DNA from: Macrostomum lignano
Lineage: Eukaryota
Assembly (NCBI GenBank): GCA_002269645.1
Contig: NIVC01004528.1
Coordinates: 53,156-89,319 of the forward strand
Reading direction: 5' to 3'
DNA: 36,164 nucleotides
In this document: in pieces, positions 9,470 to 23,210 of the stretch
Numbering within the stretch: position 1 is the stretch's first letter
Layout: each line of letters begins with the position of its first letter
The notes under the pieces: model-generated
The model's database searches: none
What the model was told of the DNA's origin: nothing
What the model saw: only the letters and a program-made list of their open reading frames with translations
Made by a program: the position numbers and the translations under genes

Positions 9470-9952
9470 CAAATGATTCTTTTCAAAGTTGGCATACAAA
9501 TTCATGCAATTTTTTGGCATACAAATTCATGCTATTTTTGGGTACAAATTTTGGTGAATAAATTTATTACATGCTTGAAAGCTGTAATATAAATTAATGT
9601 TTTTATAAAAAATAAAGAAAATTTATATTGTCTTAAAAGTCAATGATAAACTTTTTGCTTCTTTAAAATTAATAATAAATATAAATAGTAATAAGTTATT
9701 GCTAAAAATATAAATTTTGCATTATTTTTTCTATGGGTATAGTTTAAATTTGTTAAAAATGAAAATATTTAAAATATTTTTAAGACTTTTTATACAAAAG
9801 CCTTTTTAGGAAACTCTACTTATGAAAACCAAAAGACTTTATAAAAAAAATTTTGGCATGCATTTTGGATAATTTTTTGGCATACATTGGCATACATTTA
9901 GCTAAGATAGGATTTAAGATCCAACATACACTATTACATGATTTGGACCCTG
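9470..9952. mobile_element. Diverged copy of the AT-rich MITE at 14836-15406
   Basis: Colinear similarity to ~14895-15405 (repeated TTGGCATACAAATT motifs; GGCATACATTTAGCTAAGATA; ends GGACCCTG). Left end and TSD not resolved. Confidence 0.65.
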
Positions 9953-12597
9953 GATTCTGGCATACATCTAACTTTCTGGAGTCTTGGTTTGATGTTATTC
10001 TTTAAAATTTAACTATAAAATATAAATAATGTTTTAACCTAGGTTGGTTTTGCATTCTAAACTATAATTTTTATATTATATAACAATTAAAAGTGCTAAA
10101 AATAGTTTATGGCAAAATCCAAAAATCGGGGGCAAGTTTTATGAAAATTCATTTTTTGGCAATTTGAAAGCAATAAAGCTATAAAAAAAACTTATTTAAG
10201 TTTTTAAAAGGTAAAAGTCTATAAAAGCACAAATTATTTACGTGTAGCTTTTATTAAAATGATTTGTTAAAACAGTAAGTTTAATTATGACCTAAAATGA
10301 CTAATGAAAATGATAGAAAAGCTATAATAATGTTTTTTTATTAACTTCAACTATTTTATAATGTTACACCCTATAATTCTACAATATATTTAACATTATT
10401 TTCAAGGGTTTATTTGTTTATCACTTTCGTTACTCTTGACAATGTATATTTTGTAGAGTTCATTTGCAATAAATTGTATTCAACGTAAGTTTATTATTTA
10501 AACATACAAATTCCTTTAAGGATTGGAAAATTGCATTTTACTCAGCTTCTACTAAAGCAATTTGGAAAATTCTTTTTACCTATATACAAGCCATGGTAAT
10601 ACATGTTTTAGTGTAATTTCATTGTTCTTTGTCGCTTAATAAGCATATAGGAAGCATTTGATTTGGATGCCAGGTTCACATTTTGTGGTACCATTTTTTT
10701 ACCCAAAATTTTTAAGTCTAAATATAGGCATATTACAAACACTAATACCATGCAAGTTAATATTTAAATGAAAGAAAACAACTTAAAGATTATTTTGCAA
10801 CAAGGAATTAGCAATATATTTACTTTTAAAGAAAGATGTTTGCTGGCAAACTTTGCACTTTAAATTAGTATGAATTTTTGCGAGTTTATGTAGTGTTAGA
10901 AAAACTTTGAAATCCTTAAAAATACTTCATCTTTTTGAATTGAATAAAAAGTAAAACACAGATTACTCTCTGTTTTGTAAATAGTAAAAAAATAGCCTTC
11001 TCTAAGGCCTACAAGTCTTAAAATTAATTGTTTAATAATGAAAAAAAGTGAAACAAAAAATTGCGAATCTGTTAACTCAGACTTTTGAAATGCTTTTTTG
11101 TGGTTTTTTCTTATTTATTCAACTATATAAAGCATGAAAACAATAGTTTTTATCCAGAACTATTTTTAAAGACCTATCTATCTTTCAAAAACCTTTTTTA
11201 GATACATTACTTTCTATCAAATGTCCACAGATTTGTTTTACCATTTTATCCTATATTTTTGGATTTTGCCTTATATTAAACTTCAAAATACAAAAACATG
11301 TATAAATAATTGTTACACTTACATTATGTTTCCTTATCATTGCCTTATAAAAAATTAAATATAGGCCCTATTATAAGAAATTAGACATGATATTTTATAG
11401 GCAATATTCTATAGCCATATTACAATGCCTTGGCTTAGACCTAAAAAATAAAGGGCCAACAGCCTTTTGATAAAAACTAGGTACACTAGGTGTACCGTAC
11501 ACTAGGCTTAGCACTAGCAATAGGCCTAGTAGCACTGTCATTAGCTAACATAAGAAAATAGGCCTAGCAAATGGGTCCATAAATGGTCTTGGTCTTGATT
11601 TTGCAAGCCAACCTTACCCAGGTACTTTAGGCTTAGTCAAAATGGTATTTTGTTCTCAACTTATGTTACAAGATAATTGTAGACCTACTAGTAAAGACAA
11701 AGTAGGCGGTAGGCCCTACTAGATGTCAAAGTTTAAAATCCTTAATCCTAAGTTTTAGAAAATAAGTACCTATTTATTTATGTTGGTAGGGCTTAAGAAA
11801 TTGCTATATAAAAGTTTAAACTAAAAGTTTACTGGGCATGCACAAGGATATTTCATCATAGATAACATAAAAGAAGAGTAATAAAACAGCAATATTAAAA
11901 TAATACGTTTTCGAAAGACGATAGTGCTTTAATTGATGATGGCGCGATTCTAAAAACTCACGAGGTGAATTTTAAATTTTTATTCAATCAGCTAAACAAC
12001 AGTTAAATGTCAGTATATAAACTTTGAGAATAATCACTAGATAGAGGAATTAGCAATTGCGAGTCAACATATAAATGAGGCCAGAAAAAATTGTCACTAT
12101 TTGATGAAGTTACGTTATTCATACCAATAGTGGCTGCTTCGAAAAAGAAATTATAACAAATAGTACTAGCTTGCAAAATGCGCAAACCAGACTAATTTAA
12201 CGCATTAAAACAAAAGTTTTAATAAAAATTGTTGCCCGATAAAAAATTTAGGTAAAGAAAATTAAGAAATGCCCTAAAAAGTACAAAAAACTGGTTATTA
12301 GTCGCATTTTGAACTGACTCTTGGTAATGTGTTTGTGTCGCGAATATTTAACATGCGCAACTTATTCTTTTTTAATTTAATCTGGTTGTGTCATTTACCC
12401 ATTGGATTTTTGGACGAGGATGACTGGGGTCTCCACAATAGAAAATAAATGAACTAAATAAAATGATTAAAAGGGTTGCAATTACAGTTCCTTTGTCGTT
12501 TGATCCTTGCTTGTCTTTTTAAATTGATTTTTCATTGATACTCCTATACGGCCTATTAATTATATGTCTAACTCACTGTAAAAAGATGAAACATCAA

Positions 12598-12758
12598 CAG
12601 GCGCGTAGCCAGGATTCACGTCAGGGGTGGGGGACAGAGACATAATCCGTCTCCTATGTTAGCGATGGAAATCAAATGACAAAGGCAATAAAAAATTTAC
12701 CACCCTCCAGGGGGCGGGGGGACATGTCCCCATTTGTCCCCCCTTGGCTACGCCCCTG
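12598..12758. mobile_element. 161-bp hAT-type MITE
   Basis: TIR CAGGCGCGTAGCCA / reverse complement CAGGGGCGTAGCCA; perfect 8-bp TSD AACATCAA (12590-12597, 12759-12766). Confidence 0.9.
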
Positions 12759-13037
12759 AACATCAAGCGCTATTACGAGTTCATGTAATGTTTGTCTCCT
12801 CCCTATAATTTTCCGCTGGGGTCTGAGGCCCCATGAAAGCTTATCCAGATAGCAGGGTAATTCGCATTTATAAAAACAGTCGATCATGTCGAACTCTATA
12901 GAGCGGGTGATACTTTGAGTGGATCAATCAAGAACGACTTTGTGACCAGGTGCCTTGTCGGGTGCATGACGAAATGCGCTAATGCTCGTTTTGAATGAAA
13001 GCACACACTGAAGGACGGCTAGGTATAAAATATAGAC

Positions 13038-13420
13038 CAGGGGTGCGCAATCTCCGGCCCCTCAAGCCTCTCTATCCGGCCCTTGGGTCCTCCGACACTT
13101 TAGAGTGGCCCAATCCGGCCCGCTCAAGGTTCACCGCTTCTCAGTTATCTCTCCTGCTCTTCTCTCCTCTCCTCTCTTGGCTCTCTCCTCTTATCTCCTC
13201 TCCTCTCTTCTCCTCTCCTCTCCTCTCCTCTCCTCAACTCTCCCTCCTCTCCTCTCCTCTCCTCACCTCTCCTCTCCTCTCCTCTCCGATTATCTCCTTT
13301 CGTCTCACTCATCTCGCCTCTCACCTCCCCTCTCGTTTGTCATATCTCATCTCCTCTTTCTTTCTCTCCCCCATTTCCTCTCCTTTCCACTCTCATCCGG
13401 CCCGCAGACATGAGCTGGAT
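13038..13420. mobile_element. Partial hAT (Charlie-like) MITE with an internal microsatellite
   Basis: Begins CAGGGGTGCGCAA and has repeated CCGGCCC subterminal motifs. No matching right TIR found. Confidence 0.45.
13140..13395. repeat. Degenerate (CTCCT)n pyrimidine microsatellite
   Basis: Direct reading; source of spurious ORFs 12995..13438 and 13105..13413. Confidence 0.95.
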
Positions 13421-13715
13421 GTTTTATCTGGCCATTGATCGGCAATAAGTTTGCCGATCGACCCAATTGCTATACTGATGTAAATCGAACACATGCCATT
13501 TGGTATACCTACATGTTGATCTGAGGTAAATGAATTCGTGATTGCAGTTTTTAGAGTTCTTTTTAAGAAAACTGTGGAATTTATAATTAATTTTGCTTTG
13601 GGAATTCAGATGCTTGCATATGCAGATACTTTGGGCAGAAAAACAGTCGGCTAAGGAAAATGCTAAATTAAGTTTTTGTTTTGAGTAAACTCTGAAGAGA
13701 ATGGGATGCATAGAG

Positions 13716-16700
13716 CCCAGTAAAAAAGGGTAGTCGGAATTCGATTGGAATCTGATCGGAATTTAATCGGCAGTCGGAATTTGCCGGAAAAGGTTTAAAC
13801 CACAATATTTTGTTTTATATAACACGTTACTATGATAATAAGCATAAAAAATACAATAAAATGTTTTTCGAGCTATATTTGCGCAATCGGAAAATAGTCG
13901 GAAACCATCTCTTCTTCTTCCGATCGGAATTTGTACTCATTTTTCTTCCTACTTTCCGATACAGCCATATTCATAACGCATGTGCTGTACTAAACGTGTT
14001 TTCTTGCTTTTATGTATTGCCAGAATGTGCAGAATATACCTTTATGATACAAAAAATTACTACAATAATTCAGTTTTTGTTTTGATGCCACAAAAAAATG
14101 CTGGCCATCCAATTTATATCGAAAGTATTTAAAAAGCGATTTATTTTTTACCTTCCTCTCGAGTCTATATAACCTTTTCGTTATATTTTTGCTTATAGCG
14201 TCTTTCCACTGGCACTAGCACTGGCACTGGCAAAAATATTACTAAATTAAAATTAAAAACCTACTTAATGCCTAACCACTATCTTATTAATTATTGCTAA
14301 TTGCAATACTCCTAGGCCTACTCCTATTGCAATTCCTACTTTACTAGGGTCTAGGCCTAGCCTATTTTGCTACACATTTTTCTCAAGATTGTCTTTAAAG
14401 CAGTATTTTCATTTAACTACAACTACAACTTATACCTTGTTTTTCTTATATATGAAATTAATACTACCTAGTTTTAGGCTTTTAGTCATTGAATCTAAAA
14501 ATATAAGGCCTTGGCCAGGCCCTAGTTAAACTTACTTTAGACATTTAGTGTGTCTTATTAGGTTTACTTAATATACCTAACAATCAATAGACATTTGTTT
14601 AGGCTAAGGCATTTAAGCAAAGTAATTGAATAATGTCTATAGTTTACAATTGTATATTATAATTTGCTTTTAGATAAGACTTTCTTTTTAGTATTATAAT
14701 GAAGAATTATTAACTTATTATTTATAGACTAGGCCTAGTAAGTAAATAATATAGGCCACATGTCAATAGCTATTTACACTTGCTTATAAAACATTTCTAT
14801 GCTTAGAACTCTAGAACTCTAATTAAACTAAGACTCTAGACCCTGGAATGTTACATGTATGTCAGAAAATTTGGATATGCAAATGTCAACTGATTCATTT
14901 TAAAGTTGGCATACAAATTTTGGTGTATAATTTATACATTTTTTGGCATACAAATTTTGGTATACAAATTCACATCCATTTTTGGCCTACAACTTTTGGT
15001 GAATAAATTTATGTTGAGCATGAAAATTTCAATGTAAATTAATGTTTTTATGTAAAATAAAGAAATATTTGTATACTCAAGAAATTAATAATAAACTTTC
15101 TACTTCTTTATAATTAAAAATGATTTAGAGTAGTAAAATTATTATTAAAATGTAAATGTTGCATCATTATTTTTATAGGTACAATCAAGTTTGTCTAAAA
15201 TGAAAATATGTATAATATTTTAAAGAATACTTTTCATACAAAAACCTTTCTTAGGAAACTCAACTTGTGAAAACCAAATGACCTTTTTAGGAGGCTTTTT
15301 TAGTTTACATTTTAATGATTTTTTTGTTTTTGGCATACACTGGCATACATTTAGCTAAGATAAGATTCTTGTTCTAGCATACACTATTACACAATCCGGA
15401 CCCTAGCTAAGACTTAGAATAATTTGGTCTTTTAATTTTGCCTTTAGAAATATTAAGATTTAGTATATTTAGATAAATAAAGTACTATATATCTCAATGT
15501 CAAATGAAAGTTCAAATAGACAACAGGTCAATAAGATAAAAAATACTCAGGACATTATATCCTTAGAATACATTATTTATAATAGTAAATATGATTGTAC
15601 ATTTTGATTATGCTAGTATTAATTTTTTATTGTTTATATTATTTCTCTTAGTTATCATAGAGCACTTTTAGACTAAGACTAGGCCCCTAGTTCTAGCTTT
15701 ACTAAGCATGCTATAGCTTGTATTATTATCTTATCAATGGCTTCTGCTTCTATTTCAGACACTGCTGGTCTAGATGTGGTGCATTAGTGCAAAGGTGCCA
15801 CAGTCTGTTTGCTACATAATGGATGGGATCTCTAGGTTCAGTTCAAGACTGGGGAAAAGGATCCTGGAAGAGCTGACTAGGCCTAGCTAACAAGGATCAA
15901 AGATCAAATGTCTTTGAATATGTACAAGCATACTTTGGCGAGATCTTCAAGGGTATGTGTTCTTTGTGTTTTTATTCTTATAGTATATATTCCAATTGCT
16001 TTTATACCAGTTTTAAAGATTGCAAATGTTAAGTTTTTTCTTGCCTTGCCTGAAGACAACTATTCTCCTTATTTTTTATTTCCAAATCTTTCTAATGACA
16101 GTGAAGGTGCCCAACTGGTCTGCTGATCATGCCATTAACTCTCTAAATTACTCAATGCAGGACCCTATCCTCCGAGTTCTCTGGATTGCATCAAAGGCCA
16201 TTTAGAGCTTCTGCGATGGCGTCTGAAAGTGCAAGAGCTCCAGACCAACATTTGTGGAGTGTCAGTGGGGAAGCAATTGCGACAATGAAGCGCCTCTGCC
16301 GCCACCTGTGATGACAAACCATGTGCTGACTCTGGCTGTAAGTTCGCTGACTGATAATGCAGCCGTTTGGTTCACAACATTTATCTAGCTAGCTAGCTTT
16401 TTGCATTCATGTGTTGTTCATCAATCATATTATTGTATTATTCTGCATTTGTTTTCTGTATTTTATTATTTGTTTTCGGCACTCATTTTCTGCATATATT
16501 GCATTATTATTATGCTCTTTCTTGATGTTTCCTTGCATCCACGTGTAATACAGTTACTCTCTTGACGTGTTGTGCAGAAATTGCTTACTGTAATCTTTAT
16601 AATTGCATAATATACAATGCATTGAGTAAATTAAATAGCCAATCATTATTGTGCTTCACTCTTCAAGCAGAATAATATTTTAAATAATGTATTATTTTGC

Positions 16701-16918
16701 TAAGCACTTTGAAAACCGATTTGTTTATTTTTTACGCAAGCTAGCCGATGCAAAAGCAAATTCTGAAAAATACAACCTAATCGTAATTTAGTCGGATATT
16801 AGCGTCACATTCCGATCGGAAAACTCCGACTAGAAAACGACCGGATTGCACGAGCCACTTTGCTGACAAATTCCGACCGGACATTCCGATCGGATTCCGA
16901 CTACCCTTTTTTACTGGG
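13716..16918. mobile_element. 3.2-kb non-autonomous CACTA/EnSpm (CMC)-type DNA transposon
   Basis: Perfect 25-bp TIR CCCAGTAAAAAAGGGTAGTCGGAAT; 2-bp TSD AG (13714-13715, 16919-16920); clustered TCGGAA/TTCCGA subterminal repeats at both ends; no transposase ORF. Confidence 0.85.
14836..15406. mobile_element. 571-bp AT-rich MITE with 8-bp TSD, nested in the CACTA element
   Basis: Direct repeat CTAAGACT at 14828-14835 and 15407-15414; degenerate TIR CTAGACCCTGGAATGT / reverse complement CTAGGGTCCGGATTGT; related copy at ~9470-9952. Confidence 0.65.
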
Positions 16919-17234
16919 AGCTTACTTGGACGGCAAGCAAAACTATACAATGCTTTTTTGAAGGTGCCAAACGTTTTGTTTCAGCAATGTTTGCTTAACT
17001 ACGTGGAAGTCTGTACGCAAATGTTAGTGGGACGGCAGCGATTTAATAAATCGATTTATTTGACCAAAACCGCGCGTCCTTAACCCTCCGCGGGCAGCTT
17101 AACAATAATGCAAAAGTTTTTTCATGGACCCAAAGATTTTCTCTCAGAGCAAGAGCTATTTCACTCAAAATGAGTGCGTGGATTTGATCAGGCATATAAC
17201 ACACCTCGCGCAGTCATGTGCTTTAACTTGTGTG

Positions 17235-17241
17235 TATAAAA
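17235..17241 (+). promoter_or_regulatory. Candidate TATA box
   Basis: TATAAAA located 95 bp upstream of ATG 17330 of an intronless ORF; a candidate ATTAAA poly(A) signal lies at 17906-17911. Confidence 0.5.
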
Positions 17242-17329
17242 GACCGTTTTAGAAGCATGCTTAAGGAACTATTTGAGATTGGAACTTCTCAGTAGAGAGA
17301 ATCTACAATTGCAAGAGAGCGCAATAAGC

Positions 17330-17800
17330 ATGGGCGGCACTCAGTCCTGGCTGGCGTGCGACACCGCCTACCCAACAGCGGCTCCAGTGCCCGGCCAGGC
17401 CCCGCAAACTTCAGCTGGCCAACCCGATGGCAACCTGCTTATTGCTGTGCTCATGTTTGTCATCACAATCTTCTTATTGCTCAGCCTCACCTGTATCGGG
17501 CACTGCATCGCAATTGCCATGAGGCGTAGAAAAACGCCAGCCGAGTATTCGGCCAATCCAGCAGGTGCCGCTCATCGAAATTCTGCTGCTGAAGTTCGAG
17601 TTGTAGTTGGTGAAGGCGAGGACAACGATGAGAACGCTGAGTCTGGTTCGGAGTTCGGTTCAACCGACAGCGACGCCACAGAGTCGGACATCGACAGCGT
17701 GACGGCCAGGTCAATGCAGCTGGCAGCCAGTCGAAGGATGAGTCGTAGTCCAGCTGCCGCTGCATCTGCAGCTTTCGACAACAAAGGATTTGTGCAGTAG
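17330..17800 (+). CDS. 156-aa single-pass membrane protein of unknown family
   Basis: First ATG in ORF 17273..17800. Hydrophobic stretch LLIAVLMFVITIFLLLSLTCIGHCIAIAM followed by RRRK; acidic/Ser-rich tail; ends FDNKGFVQ. Forms a GC-rich island in AT-rich flanks. Confidence 0.7.
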   Translation: MGGTQSWLACDTAYPTAAPVPGQAPQTSAGQPDGNLLIAVLMFVITIFLLLSLTCIGHCIAIAMRRRKTPAEYSANPAGAAHRNSAAEVRVVVGEGEDNDENAESGSEFGSTDSDATESDIDSVTARSMQLAASRRMSRSPAAAASAAFDNKGFVQ

Positions 17801-19235
17801 TGGGCTCGCGGCAATCTATAGTCGGATGTGGTCTACTTGAACACGCGGTTGTTACTCGCTAATTATTGTGTACTGATATGAATTACTTTCATGCTTTTAA
17901 TTCATATTAAATGATATTATTTTTGCATGCATAATATAGCATACGAAGAATAATAAGTAAATGCAGAAAGGGTTTAAGTTTTATGCCTTCGAAACTCTGT
18001 ACGTGAGTATAATTACAGCCCAAGAATATATAAATGTAGTGACAAGCACGGGGTTTTGACCGTATAAATATTTAACAATATAGAAACCTGCACGCTGCAG
18101 CTGCTCCTGAAGTATAAGAGTTAAATTAAGCATATTATTACATGTAGTGAAAAGCTAGGCATGCTCTAACTATGCTCTTGCACATTAGTAACCCATCTTA
18201 ATTACACTGTAATGCAGCTTTAAGCGAGAGGGTTGAACATTCTCAAAAAACATCATAATATCATCATCATATCTATCGCCTCCATATGTAACAATTCTGC
18301 ACAACATTCGTGTGGTCCATGAGGGCATGGATCTTCTCATACGCCACTGAAGCCAAGGATCTGGTGCAGCTGAAAAACCTTGCCGTTGTACTGCACCTGC
18401 CACATGATATTGATGCAAGCCGCTGAGCGTGGAGAGCCTCAGTTCATCGACAACACCGTCGGATCGAATGCTGTCAGGCGCTGTTCCAAGCTTGTCGTTG
18501 TCAACAAGTTCCAGCTGAAGCTGTGGAGCTCGTCTATGGACGGCAAGGCCTACCAGAGTGTTCACATTGTCTGGTTAATGCAGCACTGACTGCCTGGCAT
18601 GATGCAACTCTCCGGATGGTTTCAATTTAAGCCTTCAAGCAATTATTGATCAAGTAATAATTGGTACTTGAGCAGTTTGGCTGAAAATAGCAATTTGCCA
18701 ATGACGCGTACACTGAGAAGCACGTTGGCATTGTTTAGGAATTTGAAGATCATTATTATTCACATTTTTAATGCAGAACAATCCAATATATGGTATCAGA
18801 GTTGACATATAAGATTCTAATTTATCCCATAATTAGCTATCCCACTGGAGTCAAATGAGACCTAAAGAGATGAGATTTTCAATGACTCCCCAACGACCAC
18901 ATAGCTCAAATTGACGATAGTATATATAGTCCTGGGATAGAAAAGCGAAAGCGCGGCTCCGACACATCGATTTTATTTGGAGACTAATCAAGCATGACAT
19001 ATCCTCTTTTATTTTGTTATTTGATGTCAAACGTAAACTATTTTCCTTCTTTGATTGAAGGATGCGATTAATTGAATGCCTTGCAGACTAGAGTGGAAAC
19101 AATTCCTATTCTTTTAAGGCCCGGCCCTATTTGTACATTGCAAGACCGAACTAATATTTTATCTGACCATCAGCAGCTTCCTTCATTTTGATATTTTTTA
19201 GTTTTTTTGGCATTTAGAAGTACATGCATATACTA

Positions 19236-19691
19236 CGAGGTGTTTTCAAAAACAAATGTCAGTGGCTGGATATCTCTACCAGCTACTCGTTCCAAGGTGT
19301 TCTGTTACTGCCATGACCCAAGCTCACACACTGTTGCTTGTGACATGGCAAAGGCGGGGTACAGCGCATCCTAGATATCAAAGACGCCTCAGCCATGGCC
19401 CACCCGGAAGAGCAGCTGTATACGTCCGAGAGGCTAATCTACTGCCTCATCCGCCAAGTGAAGGGCGGCCAGTACACAGAAGATCAGCGCAGGTTCAATC
19501 CGAAGAAAACAAGGCGATCCACAGAGACCATCGCAGCTGTGCAAGAGGCTGTCAAGTCTGATCGCCACAAAACCATGGACGAATTGGCTGAAGACTTTGA
19601 CCTGTCTGTCGGCACAGTCCACACGATCCTGCACGCAGATCTCGGACTTTCCAAGAAGAGCGAGCGCTGAATAGAGTTTGAATACACCTCG
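19236..19691 (+). mobile_element. 456-bp internally deleted mariner element retaining the HTH region
   Basis: TA TSDs; TIR CGAGGTGT(T/A)TTCAAA. ORF 19395..19670 reads TIAAVQEAVKSDRHKTMDELAEDFDLSVGTVHTILHADLGLSKK (mariner HTH) and stops where the WVP motif and catalytic domain would begin. Confidence 0.85.
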
Positions 19692-20239
19692 TAGTCTGCT
19701 AGAACTCGATTGCGTAGAAATACCCGCGCTACAGCTATAGTTTAGTCGTTTGGCAAAACGCGAAACGTGCACCAATTTCTGGAATAAATCCTGTTATTTA
19801 GACTGATCCGACATGCACGACTCTCAAACAGCATTCAGATCCAAGAGATCCTATCTCAAGAAGAGTTTAGGGGCAACTACAGTGGCTATTTTCGAGCTAA
19901 CTGATCTTACCGGATTCTTCTCTGCGAATTCTCGCGGTGGTGACAGCGAACAATTGAGATTTCAACGGCAGCAAGTTTTTCGGCGAATGATCGGTTTAGG
20001 CGACAGGAACTGGGTAGTAAATTGTACAGCAATCCGACGTCACTGAGTATACATGTACATATCCTCGCGTTGGCCGCTGCATCGTCGTAATTGTCTGCCA
20101 CCGTCTGTCCGCTACCGCGTGCTAAATAGCTTCCGTTATTTTATAGTACTCGCGCCAGCGTTGAGATCGGAAGAGCGAGTTGAGGCGACTCAGTCACGCA
20201 GCAGCGCTGTGCTGTTTGAGATCCAGCACGGTACAATCA

Positions 20240-20960
20240 TTCTTCCACAACGCGAGAACCTCCACTGCCGGCGGTGTACGTCTTTGCTTTGCAAATCTGC
20301 AGCTAGCGGCGGCGAAAAGCACCTTTGGCTGAGCAGGTGCATCCCAACAGTGACGACCTTAATTGATCCCGTCGTCGTGCAGCAGCTTCACCTCGTGGTA
20401 GAATTTCGTGAAGCCGATTATAGGTGCCATCCTTCCACGTACAAATTGTTTGTTCGAATGGGTGGCTCTGCAACAAAATGCATGATCGAACATGCAAAGC
20501 AGCAAAAATAAAAAAAGGATCACAGTAAAAAATAAGCAAAAAGTCTACATATATTTTGCATTTAAAATGTGAAGGGGCCAGATACCATTACTGCCCCCCC
20601 TACTTTAAAAAGTGGGGGGGGTATGAGTATGACCCAAAAACTAACTGTCCCCCCTTTCCTACGCCTATATGCCCGAGGACCTGAGTCAATTGCGCTACAG
20701 AAGTGAAATTTACACCCACACGCAATTGCATTGCTGTTGGGAAACTCCTGGCGATCACCGCGCCTTCTTGATAAAATTTTCGAATCAGAAGTGGACTACG
20801 CAGCTGGGCTGGGTTGAAGAAGTGCGGCGGGAGCTCCTTCAGCTTCAGCTTCTATGCAGAGCGCGTCTGCAGCACTTTGTCTTGCGCCGCGACATGAATA
20901 CGAAGTCTAACGGCACCTTCTTGATGTTGTTCTTGCGCCTGGAGATGAAGACGTGGATGC
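20240..20960 (-). pseudogene. MULE (Mutator-like) transposase remnant
   Basis: Minus-strand fragments IHVFISRRKNNIKKVPLDFVFMSRRKTK, GCKFHFCSAI (CxFH motif), IRTNNLYVEGWH (RTNN-EGWH motif) and KFYHEVKLLHDD. Frameshifted, with a small MITE-like piece at ~20560-20670. Confidence 0.7.
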
Positions 20961-21248
20961 ATGCCTATAGCAGCTATGTAGACGCTTCGATGCAAGATTT
21001 GAAATGTTAAAATGCTTGAAATGTATACACAGCGTGACTGCTCCAGTAGCCTCATCAACATTATTCCTGCAGTGGAAAAAACGATGTGGCGGCAACTCTC
21101 GCCGAAACCTCAAGGATTCCAGCGAACCTGACTGCTACAAGAAATCAAGAAAAAGGCTAGAAACAAACTTACGAAGATCTGAGAGAATAATAATCAATCC
21201 TTGATACCAAAAAATTAGCAAATTCCTCATCATCTGCCAGGCATCAAG

Positions 21249-22341
<1,093 letters not shown>

Positions 22342-23210
22342 GGCATAAAGCTAGAGGGTGCGTTATTTAACGTTTATCTCTGATAAGTCGTGAGGCGGAC
22401 TTCATAGCCTCCACCCTAATAAATAGGTGAAGCGGAGGAAGATTAAGGATAGTGTTCAGCCCCTCGTAAGGGGTAGACGGGTACGCACCTGTGATGGCGC
22501 AAAAAATGCTGCCCTGCATCTGGTACAGGCGCTAACAGGCGGTCTTCTGCTCCAGTACGCTAATCCAAATGAGACTCGCGTATGTGATGCTGGGGAGGCA
22601 TCAACTTATGTCAGTACAACGTTCAGACACGATTAAACTAGCTTCCCGTACCCCCTTGAGCTTGAGCTCGGCAGTCTGTCTGCCAGGCCTGTTTTCCGAA
22701 ACACACGAAAGACGAAAAACTCCCGATGCTTATCGAGCCGTAATCATGGCCGTAAAATGCTTATTACCGTGTGGCGTAATACGGGTAGAATCCCATTTTC
22801 TATGAGAGAGTTATATCGCGCATTGCGCAGCAAAGTGCAAAGGTTTAACTATAAAAATATTTCGTCTCTTTATCCAATATCTAACTATACTAAAATGTTA
22901 TCGACTATAAATATATAGATAACACCTAGACTCTCCAGACTAGTAGGCAAGGCATAGGTGGTTTTGAGATTTGATCCCCAACAACATCCGTCATCAGTCG
23001 AAAGTTCCACCCACTAAGCAAAGCAAAGGCAAAGATACTTTTATTCACAATCACATTTTACTGTGTATTTTAAATGAAAAGTTGTACAACAACAGGTGGA
23101 ACTTTTTGTCTATTGCTAAGTTGCCTGAGTAGGCTATAGAAATAATATATATATATTTTTGGTATGTAATAATATAAATAGTCCTTAAGTTAAAGTCTAT
23201 ATATATGATA

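Noticed and set aside
18837-18942. CTATCCCA ... TGGGATAG inverted ends
   Set aside because: Only 8 bp with no TSD; could be chance.
20669-21010. 113-aa plus-strand ORF (and duplicate 25667..26008)
   Set aside because: Antisense to the MULE transposase remnant; no independent coding evidence.
23001-23105. 11-bp inverted repeat AAAGTTCCACC / GGTGGAACTTT around 105 bp
   Set aside because: Too short, and no TSD was found to support a mini-element.
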